From assembly GCA_965221905.1 (NCBI GenBank), contig OZ244922.1, positions 3,104,001-3,168,000 of the forward strand: a stretch of 64,000 nt of DNA, in the 5' to 3' direction. Within the stretch, counting starts at the first letter, position 1, and each line of letters begins with the position of its first letter. The position numbers were made by a program, and so were the translations under genes. Origin of the DNA: Chloroflexota bacterium (lineage in GTDB: Bacteria > Chloroflexota > UBA11872 > VXOZ01). The notes below the pieces were generated by a model. That model did no database searches, had not been told where the DNA came from, and saw only the letters and a list, made by a program, of their open reading frames with translations. This document shows positions 51,014 through 59,619 of the stretch, in pieces.

Positions 51014-51679
51014 ATGACACGTTGGTCCGCAGTGCCGCAGACGCTTTGCCTTGTGCTCTTTCCGCTCAGCTTCATGCTGCTAAGCAATACCGGTCTTCAT
51101 CCGGGCTTTGACGGATCGGCGGCGGAGCAGATCGAAGCACTGGCGGGGAACGCAACGCGATGGCGGTGGGTGCACCTCGGCATGGCTGGGGGCAGCTTGC
51201 TCGGCCTCGTGGTGCTGCTTACGCTTCGGTCCTTAATGCCTCGTTCCCACGTGGTCGTGCATGCGGCCGTAGTCCTCGGCGTCATCGGAGCGGCGGTACT
51301 CTCAGGCATCTTTGCGCTGGAGGCAACGCTTGTGGTCGAGTTGGCTCAAGCGTGCGTGGAATCCGGGGCGTCGTGCCTTTCGTCGGCAAACCAGACGTTT
51401 CTCGATCGTTTCGCCGACCTAGCACTCAACCGCGTCCCGCTCTTGTTCCAAAGCGGCGGCGCGTTGCTGGCAGCGGTATTTGCCCTTGCCGTGATGGGGC
51501 AGAGCATGCGGGCACTCGTCTTGCGCGAGTCATTGCCGATGATGGTAGGATCAGCGGTCGTCTTTCTCTACGGGCCTGCTCTGCACGGCGTGCCGCTGGG
51601 GCTGCCGTTCTTCGGCCTACTCATCATGCTAGCCGGGTCGAGCGCACTTGCATTTCGCTTGTTGCGGACATCCCAATAG
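51014..51679 (+). CDS. Hypothetical polytopic membrane protein
   Basis: About 6 hydrophobic segments, with a GGGAG RBS before the ATG at 51014. Confidence 0.7.
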   Translation: MTRWSAVPQTLCLVLFPLSFMLLSNTGLHPGFDGSAAEQIEALAGNATRWRWVHLGMAGGSLLGLVVLLTLRSLMPRSHVVVHAAVVLGVIGAAVLSGIFALEATLVVELAQACVESGASCLSSANQTFLDRFADLALNRVPLLFQSGGALLAAVFALAVMGQSMRALVLRESLPMMVGSAVVFLYGPALHGVPLGLPFFGLLIMLAGSSALAFRLLRTSQ

Positions 51680-51714
51680 GCCCGCCCGCAACGTTGCCTC
51701 GTCTGCCCTGCCCG

Positions 51715-51743
51715 TTGAGCGAGGCGTTGGCCGCTGGTACAAT
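51715..51743 (+). promoter_or_regulatory. Sigma70 promoter for tRNA-Pro
   Basis: TTGAGC-17 bp-TACAAT with an extended TG. Confidence 0.65.
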
Positions 51744-51861
51744 AGTGGTGAAACGTGACTTTGCCGGAAGCGGCCCGCCTTCAAGCGGGCATTCATCGGG
51801 AGACCAGCGGCCTATGCCGCGTATTACCGGAATTGGCATTGGCGCGTAAACGGCACGGCAA

Positions 51862-51938
51862 CGGGGTGTGGCGCAGCCTGGTAGCGCGCTTGAATGGGGT
51901 TCAAGAGGTCCCCGGTTCGAATCCGGGCACCCCGACCA
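51862..51938 (+). tRNA. tRNA-Pro(GGG)
   Basis: Acceptor stem CGGGGTG/CACCCCG, D arm GCGC/GCGC, anticodon arm CTTGA-ATGGGGT-TCAAG, T arm CCCGG-TTCGAAT-CCGGG and an encoded CCA. Confidence 0.97.
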
Positions 51939-51977
51939 CAGACGGTCTATCCCCCTCTGGAGTTTCCCTGTCTAGGA

Positions 51978-52373
51978 TTACGCCGGCGCTGCAGGCGCGT
52001 ATTCGGCGAGACTTGCCATTACCAAGTCTTGCAGGGCTGCGACGTCCGGCGTCTGATCCAAAGCGTTGGCCGAGACTACCTGCGTGGTGGCGCCGCCTTC
52101 ATCCATGAAAACCGCCGGAAGCTCGAGCTCCGTGAGTTGCGGGTACGCCACGGTCAGTTCATCGCGATGGAGGAAGACCACACCGTGCGGCAACTCTTGT
52201 GCGAAACGCCGCCAGGCACGCTTCATGCCGAGATTTCCATACGTGATCCGGCACAGGCTACAAGGGTAGGTGTCCGGGGCCACTATCTTGTGCACGTAGT
52301 CCTTGAGCTGTGCGAGTAGAGGAGAATCGGCGTTATAGACGAATAAAATCCGTCGTTCACTATTCATAGCCAC
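51978..52373 (-). CDS. Conserved hypothetical CxxC (thioredoxin-fold-like) protein
   Basis: Motif FVYNADS...HKIVAPDTYPCSLCRITYG...W..F...FLHRDE. Confidence 0.75.
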   Translation of the reverse strand: MAMNSERRILFVYNADSPLLAQLKDYVHKIVAPDTYPCSLCRITYGNLGMKRAWRRFAQELPHGVVFLHRDELTVAYPQLTELELPAVFMDEGGATTQVVSANALDQTPDVAALQDLVMASLAEYAPAAPA

Positions 52374-52409
52374 ATCCGGCTCCTTGCCGCCTCATGAAAT
52401 GCCTGTGGG

Positions 52410-53255
52410 TCAGACCGTTTGCAGCGGCAGGATGTCGTGGGATGCGAGAGCCTCGTTGAGAGACCCCGAGCGGTAGCCCTGCATATCGAGGGCGACGTAC
52501 TTGAAGCCAATCTCTTTGAGCGCCGCGACAGTCTGCGTATGGGCGTCGTTCTCGAAGAGCCGGGTCAGGTCTTCGGGCGGCGCTTCGATGCGAGCAATGT
52601 CGCCGTGATGACGGACGCGCACCAATCGAAAGCCAAGCTTGTGCAGGAAAAGCTCTGCTTGGTCCACTTGATGCAACTTTTCCAGCGTCACGCGCATGCC
52701 GTATGGGATGCGCGAGGCCAAGCAAGCGCCCCCCGGCTTATCCCACGTCGGCAGCCCAAGCTCTTTGGAAAGCTGGCGAATCTCATGCTTTTGCAACTCG
52801 GCTTCCACCAGGGGCGCGCGCGCATTGAGAAGCTCAGCCGCCTCCATGCCCGGACGATGATCGCCGAGGTCGTCCATGATGCCGCCGTAGACAATTGTGT
52901 CGAAGCCCTCCGCCACGGCAATGAGCTGCATCTCGGTAAAGAGCTCCTTCTTGCAGTGGAAGCACCGATCGGGGTTATTGACGGCGTACTCTTCCTTCTC
53001 GAGCTCGTGGGTCTCGATGAGGCGGTGCTCGATGCCGATCTCTGCCGCATAGAGTTTGGCCTCTTCCAGTTCTGTCGCAGGGTAGGTCGGCGAAAGCGCC
53101 GTCACCGCCACAGCGTCCCGATCTAACACGGCATGGGAAACCTTCGCCAAGAAGGTGCTATCCACGCCACCGGAAAAGGCGATAAGCGTCCGCCCCATGC
53201 CGCCAATGAGTTGCTTTAGATGCTCTTGTTTCTCGTACAAATTTGCAGTCGCCAT
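52410..53255 (-). CDS. larE: ATP-dependent sulfur transferase LarE (PP-loop, CxxC...C type)
   Basis: Motifs IAFSGGVDS, RCFHCKKELF, DDLGDHRPG, WDKP..ACLASRIPYG, VRVRHHG..ARIE and GYRSGSLN. Confidence 0.93.
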   Translation of the reverse strand: MATANLYEKQEHLKQLIGGMGRTLIAFSGGVDSTFLAKVSHAVLDRDAVAVTALSPTYPATELEEAKLYAAEIGIEHRLIETHELEKEEYAVNNPDRCFHCKKELFTEMQLIAVAEGFDTIVYGGIMDDLGDHRPGMEAAELLNARAPLVEAELQKHEIRQLSKELGLPTWDKPGGACLASRIPYGMRVTLEKLHQVDQAELFLHKLGFRLVRVRHHGDIARIEAPPEDLTRLFENDAHTQTVAALKEIGFKYVALDMQGYRSGSLNEALASHDILPLQTV

Positions 53256-53320
53256 CCATCAGCCTCCACTTACAATGTGTTCGCACCGCTCATTTAGATT
53301 TGCAATGCTCACTGCGTCTC

Positions 53321-53776
53321 TTAATCAACTGTCACCGTATCAGACACAACCTGCAGGGATACTTCAGTAATCTCACCCTTTATAATTGTATACCCGCGCA
53401 CGTCTGGTTGCGCTGGGTCTGCCAGCGAAATCACCACGTGTACTGCTCCCGGATACCGCTCCGCCGATTCGCCGTTACCCATGTCGAATTCCGCTTCAGC
53501 CACGTCGGTCGCGGACGGGTAGGCCCGGGAAGCGACGTGGGAATGGAAGATGCCTACAATCTGCCAATCGCGCTCATACTCCACCGTGCGCACGATATGC
53601 AGTAGGTCTTCCGGATGTATTATGAAGCGAATAGGGCTAGCGGCCGCGTTCCGTGCCGGAAAGACCGCCAATACGGCGCCGTCCTTGCCGCCCAACATGC
53701 CGCAACCTTCGTTGGGCGACTCCGCCCGTACGTGGGCGATCATCTCTTCACGCTGCTGCGCCGTAATCTGAAGCAT
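53321..53776 (-). CDS. M67/JAB (Mov34, Mec-like) metallopeptidase
   Basis: PNEGCGMLGG and the JAMM motif IFHSHVASRAYPSATD. Confidence 0.92.
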   Translation of the reverse strand: MLQITAQQREEMIAHVRAESPNEGCGMLGGKDGAVLAVFPARNAAASPIRFIIHPEDLLHIVRTVEYERDWQIVGIFHSHVASRAYPSATDVAEAEFDMGNGESAERYPGAVHVVISLADPAQPDVRGYTIIKGEITEVSLQVVSDTVTVD

Positions 53777-53779
53777 AGT

Positions 53780-54043
53780 TTACCAGCGCCTAATCTCCTC
53801 ATGGTCGTCGATGAGTTGCAGTATTTCCACGAAGTCTACCGTCTTGTGGGGGTGCACGGCACCATGCTTTTCCCAGTCCGCCCGTGAGGCCACCACCGTA
53901 ACGAAGTCGCGGGGCGGAGAGAGCACGGCCTCCTGCAACAGCACAACCGTTACGAGCCGGTCTTTGCTCTCGGATTCAATTGCGTCCCATGCCGCAGCAC
54001 TATCGGCGTGGGTGAGAATGTGCAGCACCGCCTCCGCAGACAT
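53780..54043 (-). CDS. DsrH/TusB-like small sulfur-relay protein
   Basis: 87 aa with LHIL...VVLLQEAV...D...VDFVEILQLID.H....W. The longer 205-aa ORF call reads through non-coding and REP DNA. Confidence 0.65.
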   Translation of the reverse strand: MSAEAVLHILTHADSAAAWDAIESESKDRLVTVVLLQEAVLSPPRDFVTVVASRADWEKHGAVHPHKTVDFVEILQLIDDHEEIRRW

Positions 54044-54347
54044 TTGGCTAATCCCTGTTGGCAACCGCGCGTTGTTGATTGCCGACTGCATACGCTCACC
54101 AATGTTCGCGCAGTGCGCACCTGCAACACACTTCCACTCTACTGTGTGAACCGGCATCGGACAAGGGCGGAGAGGCTGCAAGGCAATGGAAACATCGCGC
54201 TTGGTGCGAACTCTGTCCCCCACCAGGTGTATGTGCCCTTTCCTCACATAATCTCGAATGGTCGCAAGAGACCTTCCAAAGATGAGGGCTGGGCGATGCT
54301 GGGGCAGCACGTGTGTCCTTGGCAAAGCCGGGACGCGCCAGTCCGTC

Positions 54348-54376
54348 CGTACTTCGACGAACTCAGCACGAACGGA
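54348..54376. repeat. Family C REP
   Basis: CGTACTTCGACGAACTCAGCACGAACGGA. Confidence 0.8.
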
Positions 54377-54418
54377 CTGTTGAGTGGCGGCTTCCAATCA
54401 TCTCGCAATTGAGACTTG

Positions 54419-55282
54419 CTACATTGTCGTACCGGAGGTCACGTCCAGCGTTTGCTCCACTGCGGGCATGCCGCAAAATGCCTCGTAGTCGATCAATTCA
54501 GTAATCGTCGGATTGTCGCCGCAGACCGGGCAACTGGGATCGCGGCGCAGCTTTACCTCATGGAAGCTCAGCGCCAACGCGTCGAAGAGCAGCAGCCGGT
54601 TGGTCAGCGTATCGCCAATGCCCAAGATCAGCTTTGCAGTCTCTACGGCCTGAATGCAGCCAACGATGCCGGGCAAGACACCCAACACGCCGGCCTCGGA
54701 GCAGGAAGGCGCCATTTCCGGTGGCGGCGGTTCCGGATAGAGGCAACGGTAGCAGCCCTTGCCCGGCTCAAATACTGTGGCCTGCCCTTCAAACCGGAAT
54801 ATACTGCCGTGCACCACCGGCTTGTTCAGGAAGAATGCGGCATCGTTGACCAGGTACCGCGTTGGGAAGTTGTCCGTGCCGTCAACGATGACATCGTAAT
54901 CGGCGAAGACTTCCATCACGTTATCGGAGTTGAGGTGCTCGGTATGCGGCACCACGTTCACGTCAGGGTTTACTTCTCGCAGGCGATCCTGGGCAGAGGC
55001 TACTTTCAGCCTACCGACGTCTGAGTATCCGTGCAGAATTTGGCGCTGCAAGTTGCTTAGGTCTACCTCGTCGAAGTCGACGATACCCAGCGTGCCCACA
55101 CCGGCCGCAGCCAGATAGAGCGCCGCGGGAGATCCCAGGCCGCCTGCCCCAAGGAGCAAGACCTTGGCATTGAGCAATTTCCGTTGTCCGAGCGGGCCTA
55201 CTTCTGAAAGAATGATGTGTCTGCTGTAGCGCTGCACCTGTTCCGGCGTGAAGAGACTGCGCCGCTTTGCAACTTTGCTCAT
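54419..55282 (-). CDS. moeB: MoeB/ThiF E1-like adenylyltransferase without a rhodanese domain
   Basis: Motifs RYSRHIIL, GAGGLGSP, DLSNLQRQILH, DGTDNFPTRY, CYRCLYP, SCSEAGVLG and CPVCG. Confidence 0.93.
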   Translation of the reverse strand: MSKVAKRRSLFTPEQVQRYSRHIILSEVGPLGQRKLLNAKVLLLGAGGLGSPAALYLAAAGVGTLGIVDFDEVDLSNLQRQILHGYSDVGRLKVASAQDRLREVNPDVNVVPHTEHLNSDNVMEVFADYDVIVDGTDNFPTRYLVNDAAFFLNKPVVHGSIFRFEGQATVFEPGKGCYRCLYPEPPPPEMAPSCSEAGVLGVLPGIVGCIQAVETAKLILGIGDTLTNRLLLFDALALSFHEVKLRRDPSCPVCGDNPTITELIDYEAFCGMPAVEQTLDVTSGTTM

Positions 55283-55316
55283 GTGTTCCTCCTTCATCCA
55301 TTCGCGTCATTAGGCA

Positions 55317-55754
55317 TCAAATGTAGTACACGCTGCGCTCGTGTCGTTCTTTCTCGCGTGCGACCAGATCGGCGATTGTATGGCGGCTCAAGATGGATTG
55401 AAACGCTGACTGAACCTCTTGCCACACTTCACGCTGACCGCACCCTGGCACCAGTGTACAGAACGACACGTTTTCCAGGCACTCTACCGGCGTAAAAGGT
55501 CCTTCGAGCGTCGATACGACCACTTCCATTGTGATTTGCTCGGGCGGACGCGCAAGTTCGTGCCCACCTTGCGGGCCCCGAATGCTGCGCACGATGCCGG
55601 CCTTGCGCAGTGCGGTAAGCAATTGATCCAGATACGCTTCCGGTATGTATTGCCGCTGCGCGATCGCCGCGCTCTGCACGAGCCCCTGCCCGTACCGATG
55701 CCCCAAATCTACCACGGCGCGGACCGCATAGTCCGCTTTCATAGAAATACGCAT
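55317..55754 (-). CDS. Rrf2 family transcriptional regulator with three Cys (IscR/CymR-like)
   Basis: Motifs YAVRA, YLDQLL..LRKAG.V.S.RG..GG..LA and C-x6-C-x5-C...VW. Confidence 0.93.
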   Translation of the reverse strand: MRISMKADYAVRAVVDLGHRYGQGLVQSAAIAQRQYIPEAYLDQLLTALRKAGIVRSIRGPQGGHELARPPEQITMEVVVSTLEGPFTPVECLENVSFCTLVPGCGQREVWQEVQSAFQSILSRHTIADLVAREKERHERSVYYI

Positions 55755-55777
55755 AGCGCTGCTACCAGGTGTGCAAG

Positions 55778-55838
55778 TAACTAATGTTTACAAATTCACT
55801 TAGTTAACATGATACTGGCCGCGCTGTGCGCTTAGCAA
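55778..55838 (-). promoter_or_regulatory. rrf2 promoter with a downstream AT-rich inverted repeat
   Basis: Minus-strand TTGCTA-18 bp-TATCAT, and TAACTAA-15 bp-TTAGTTA at 55778-55806. Confidence 0.5.
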
Positions 55839-55967
55839 GAGTGCAATTGCGCCATGACGAATACATCTGCGGGCAAAGCCGATTGCACCCCAAGCCCATG
55901 CTGACCGCTGGCAGCAGAGCCATGTGCGCTTGGCCCTGACTGAAGGACATCGAAAACAGCCCCGTTC

Positions 55968-55992
55968 GCTATGAGCGTTTAGCGCTCATAGC
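55968..55992 (-). terminator. Hairpin downstream of the NYN-TPR gene
   Basis: GCTATGAGCG-loop-CGCTCATAGC. It has a weak U-tract. Confidence 0.5.
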
Positions 55993-56010
55993 ATTTGAGG
56001 TGGCGCCAGC

Positions 56011-58167
56011 CTACTTTGCACGGGGGCCGGCCGCTGCAGCGGCCGGCTCAGCGGCCGGCTCAGCGGCAGCACTGTCAGTAGCCTGCGCAGGAACTTCCGC
56101 GGCAATTGGGGCGTCGTCTGATTCGCCGTCAGGTGAAGGAGAAGCAGGTGATTGCTGCGCCTGCGCTCCCTTTACACGGTCGACCAAACGGCGCAGTTGC
56201 TGATCTTCGGGTGCCGCTGCGCGTCCCGCCTCGCCTGCCGCCAAGGCCTCGGCTTCATTGCCGGACTCCAGGTGCGTCCAAACGACCATCCGGTAGAGGA
56301 AAGCCTGCGCCGGTAAATCGTCCGCCCGCTTTGCCAGCTCCAGCGCCTGCGTGAACTGCTCCAGGGCATCTCTAAACTTGCCCCGCTCGTAGCAAATGCG
56401 GCCCAGCACCGCAATCGGCGCGTAGTTTTCCGGGTTATCCAGCACAAGCTGTTCTGCCATCATGGCTGCGCGCGTATGTTCGCCGGAAGCGGCAAGTTGC
56501 TGCGCCAGGGCAAGGGAAACGTCGAGATTTTCCGGCTCCAGTTGTGCCGACTGTTCCAGCGCGGACACCGACTGTTGATGATCGCCTTGCAGCATGTGTT
56601 GGAATGCTAGCGCCATTCCCGTCGACGCTGAAGAGGGAGTTGCCGCAGGCGCCTCAGATCCTTTTGCCTCCACGCTCGCGCTAGGCACAGGCTGCGGTCG
56701 CTTCCGCGAACCGCTTTCACGCGCAACGGGAGCGCTTTCTCCCTGAGATTCTGTTCGCGTTGGCGGCGTAGCTGATTCCGTTCGTACCGGCGGCGTAGCC
56801 TGAGATTCCGTTCGTACCGGTGGCGTAGCTGATTCCGTTCGTGCCGACGCAGCCTGGGATTCCGTTCGTGCAGGCGGCGTAGAAGATTCCGTTCGTGCCG
56901 ACGCAGCCTGGGATTCCGTTCGTGCAGGCGGCGTAGCTGATTCCGTTCGTACCGACGCAGCCTGAGATTCCGTCCGTGCAGGCGGCGTAGCTGATTCCGT
57001 TCGTGCCGGGGCAGCCTGGGATTCCGTTCGTGCTGAGCCTGTCGAAGTACGAGGCGAGCGCGCGGGCGCTGACTGTCGGGATCGCGTTCCCCGTCCACGT
57101 TGGCCTGTCGCCTGACCGTTGCTGCTCTTTACCAAACGCTCCAATTCTTGCTTGCGGTTTTGCACATCCTTGTAGCGGCTATCTAGACTACTGCAGCGTG
57201 CATAGGCCTCAAGCGCCTTATCCTGTGCGCCCAGCTTCTCGTAAACTTGCCCAAGGTCGTAAAGTACCTCAGCATCCTCGACCTCTTGCCGCACCAGGTC
57301 TTCGAGTTCATTTGCGGCGTCCGCATACCGTCCCAAGGCGGCTAGCGTAAGCGCAAGCCAGTGATGGTAGCGAACTTGACGCGGCATCAAGCTCACTGAC
57401 TGTGAAAAGTGATTTAGCGCCTGCGACAACTCATCTCGGTCATATGCGTTGCGACCGAGGCTATATAGCCTGCCGGCAAGCATGTTGCGGTCCACATGCG
57501 TATCGAGGGTTTCGCCAAGCGGCAACTCCGGTTGGTCGAATCGCGACTGCTCCGTCCGGCGCTTCTCTTGTTCGATAACCAATGAAAGCAGCAGCCCCAG
57601 GTTAATGGAGCCGTCGGCAACGAGTTTCAAGCTGGCATCGCTGCCCACGCCAAAATTACCCACCAAGACTTGGACGCCGCGGTCGCGTAGCCGTGAGAAC
57701 ACCGGAATGAAGTCGCCATCTCCGGTCAGCGCAAACGCCTTGTCGTAGAACCCCACGAAATCGAGCATATCCAGCGACATCTCGATGTCCAGGTTGCCCT
57801 TGTAGCCACCACCCGGCAGCTCCTTTGACCGCTTATGGACAACACGAAAGCCGTGCGTTACCAGATAGTCGAGCTGCTGGCGGAAACCCTCCACACGCAG
57901 GTCCGTGCCCGTATAATAATAGGCGCCCACGAGTATATCGTTGCCTCGAAGCTGATCTCGTATCAGATGCCACGGCACACGCATGATACCGATGTCACGG
58001 GCCTGGCGTTCGATGTTGGCCGCATCTATGAAGATCATCAGCCGTTGCGGCTTTGAGGACGGAAGCGGTGAACCGATTGCGGATCGTAGCGTCTCTAGCG
58101 GATGCCCGCAGGCAACACATATGAGGCTATTTCCTTTATTCAAACTCCCACACGTTGGACAATTCAT
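56011..58167 (-). CDS. Zinc-ribbon + NYN (LabA/PIN-like) domain + TPR protein with a tandem-repeat linker
   Basis: CPTC...CVAC, then IFIDAAN, KGNLDIEMSLD and TGDGDF, followed by two TPR blocks separated by RTES repeats. Confidence 0.88.
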   Translation of the reverse strand: MNCPTCGSLNKGNSLICVACGHPLETLRSAIGSPLPSSKPQRLMIFIDAANIERQARDIGIMRVPWHLIRDQLRGNDILVGAYYYTGTDLRVEGFRQQLDYLVTHGFRVVHKRSKELPGGGYKGNLDIEMSLDMLDFVGFYDKAFALTGDGDFIPVFSRLRDRGVQVLVGNFGVGSDASLKLVADGSINLGLLLSLVIEQEKRRTEQSRFDQPELPLGETLDTHVDRNMLAGRLYSLGRNAYDRDELSQALNHFSQSVSLMPRQVRYHHWLALTLAALGRYADAANELEDLVRQEVEDAEVLYDLGQVYEKLGAQDKALEAYARCSSLDSRYKDVQNRKQELERLVKSSNGQATGQRGRGTRSRQSAPARSPRTSTGSARTESQAAPARTESATPPARTESQAASVRTESATPPARTESQAASARTESSTPPARTESQAASARTESATPPVRTESQATPPVRTESATPPTRTESQGESAPVARESGSRKRPQPVPSASVEAKGSEAPAATPSSASTGMALAFQHMLQGDHQQSVSALEQSAQLEPENLDVSLALAQQLAASGEHTRAAMMAEQLVLDNPENYAPIAVLGRICYERGKFRDALEQFTQALELAKRADDLPAQAFLYRMVVWTHLESGNEAEALAAGEAGRAAAPEDQQLRRLVDRVKGAQAQQSPASPSPDGESDDAPIAAEVPAQATDSAAAEPAAEPAAAAAGPRAK
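56747..57051. repeat. 27-bp coding tandem repeat (11 RTES units) anchored on a family C REP
   Basis: GATTCCGTTCGT recurs every ~27 bp, and a REP copy lies at 57023-57051. Confidence 0.88.
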
Positions 58168-58625
58168 TACAATACGTCATGCCTCCCTGTTTATGAATTT
58201 CATCACACCATTTGGGCCACGTGTCCAGCGCGACCTTAGCTGGTATGATACCATAGCTCATCCGGCACAGTGATACGGCAGTCTTACGGAGGCGCCCCAT
58301 TCTGTCCGTTAGCTTGCCCTGCAGCCAGCAAGACGGCGCAAGCATCACAGAGCTTTGGCAAAGCGGTAGGGACTCTTCGACCGGCTTCTTTAGAGTCAGT
58401 GGCATTGAAGCGCGGACGCGCGGTTTGCGGCTCGTGCCATGTGGTGGAAGAGACCCGATCAAGGGTGCAATCTCGATGACCGCGCGGTGCCATTGGATCA
58501 GTGAACGCATGGTGGGCCGGCTAGCTATGATGATGAGTTTGTGCGGTGGCGCGTCGCTGACGCGTTCGAGCGACCTTCTTTGGTCGCATCCCGGTTTCGG
58601 CACTCTCTATCGGTGAGGAGTATCT

Positions 58626-59495
58626 ATGGCAGCGGCGCGGGTGAGGCATAGAGTTGGCGTTACCGGCTACCCTCTCACGCACACGGTCTCGCCGGCCTTT
58701 CAGCAACCGGCGTTCGACCACTACGGGATTTCCGCCGCGTACCGCACGTATCCGGTTACGGCGGAAGATTTGCCCGCATTGATCGCGACTCTCCGCGAGC
58801 CGGAGTGGCTTGGCCTCAACGTGACCATTCCGCACAAAGAAGCAGTCGTCGCCCTCGTTGACCGCTGTACCGCTACGGCCCGGACCATCGGCGCAGTCAA
58901 CACCCTGTTCAAGGATGGCGGGAGCCTCATTGGCGATAATACTGACGCGCACGGTTTCCTCACCGCGTTGCGCTCCGATGGCGCTACCGATCCCGCCGGA
59001 GCGCGGGTGCTCGTGCTCGGCGCGGGCGGAGCGGCGCGTGCCGTACTCGCGGCCCTTGCGCAAGCCGGCGCACGTCACATTACTCTCGCCAATCGGCATC
59101 GCGCACGAGCCGAAGGCCTGCTGGAGTCGCTTGCGGCGGCGCTAAACGCGCAGGAATGTGCCGTGGTCGATTGGGATAGCACAGCCCTGCATCAAGCGGC
59201 TGCAAGTGCCGACATAATCGTGAACTGTACTGCGGTGGGTATGACCAATGGCCCTGCGCCCCTAGAGTCGCCCCTGCCGCCCCACGTCTTTCGCGGTCAC
59301 CACCTGGTATTCGATCTTGTTTACACGCCAAGTCCCACGCCCTTGCTCCACCACGCGCAGCAAGGCGGCGCAGGCACGCTGGACGGCCTTCCCATGCTCG
59401 TCTACCAAGGCGCGGGGGCATTTGAACGCTGGACAGGAAAGCCTGCGCCCCTTAAACTTATGAAGGCCAAGGCACTGGCCGCACTTGGCGCATAA
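58626..59495 (+). CDS. aroE: Shikimate dehydrogenase
   Basis: Motifs GLNVTIPHK, IGAVNT, NTD, LGAGGAARA, DLVYTP and DGLPMLVYQG. Confidence 0.96.
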   Translation: MAAARVRHRVGVTGYPLTHTVSPAFQQPAFDHYGISAAYRTYPVTAEDLPALIATLREPEWLGLNVTIPHKEAVVALVDRCTATARTIGAVNTLFKDGGSLIGDNTDAHGFLTALRSDGATDPAGARVLVLGAGGAARAVLAALAQAGARHITLANRHRARAEGLLESLAAALNAQECAVVDWDSTALHQAAASADIIVNCTAVGMTNGPAPLESPLPPHVFRGHHLVFDLVYTPSPTPLLHHAQQGGAGTLDGLPMLVYQGAGAFERWTGKPAPLKLMKAKALAALGA

Positions 59496-59619
59496 GCCTT
59501 CGTTCGCTATGGGAGACCGCAGTTCCGCGCCGTTACTACAGATCCACACTCAGCCTAGGATTGAGAAGCAGGCGCGCTTAGAACTGCCAAGCGACACACA
59601 CGCAGAGGTATAGGCTACC

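Noticed and set aside
51862-51977. tRNA-Pro as an island integration site
   Set aside because: I noticed no integrase and no duplicated tRNA 3' end in the window.
53780-54397. 205-aa ORF as called
   Set aside because: The N-terminal part runs through a REP and non-coding DNA. Only the last 87 aa from the ATG at 54043 look like a real protein.
56747-57051. Possible CRISPR array (regularly spaced GATTCCGTTCGT)
   Set aside because: The period is only ~27 bp, the intervening sequences are themselves repeated, the array is in frame within a CDS, and there are no cas genes.
58168-58625. T-box or attenuator upstream of the aro operon
   Set aside because: No T-box consensus, leader peptide or clear terminator/antiterminator pair is visible.
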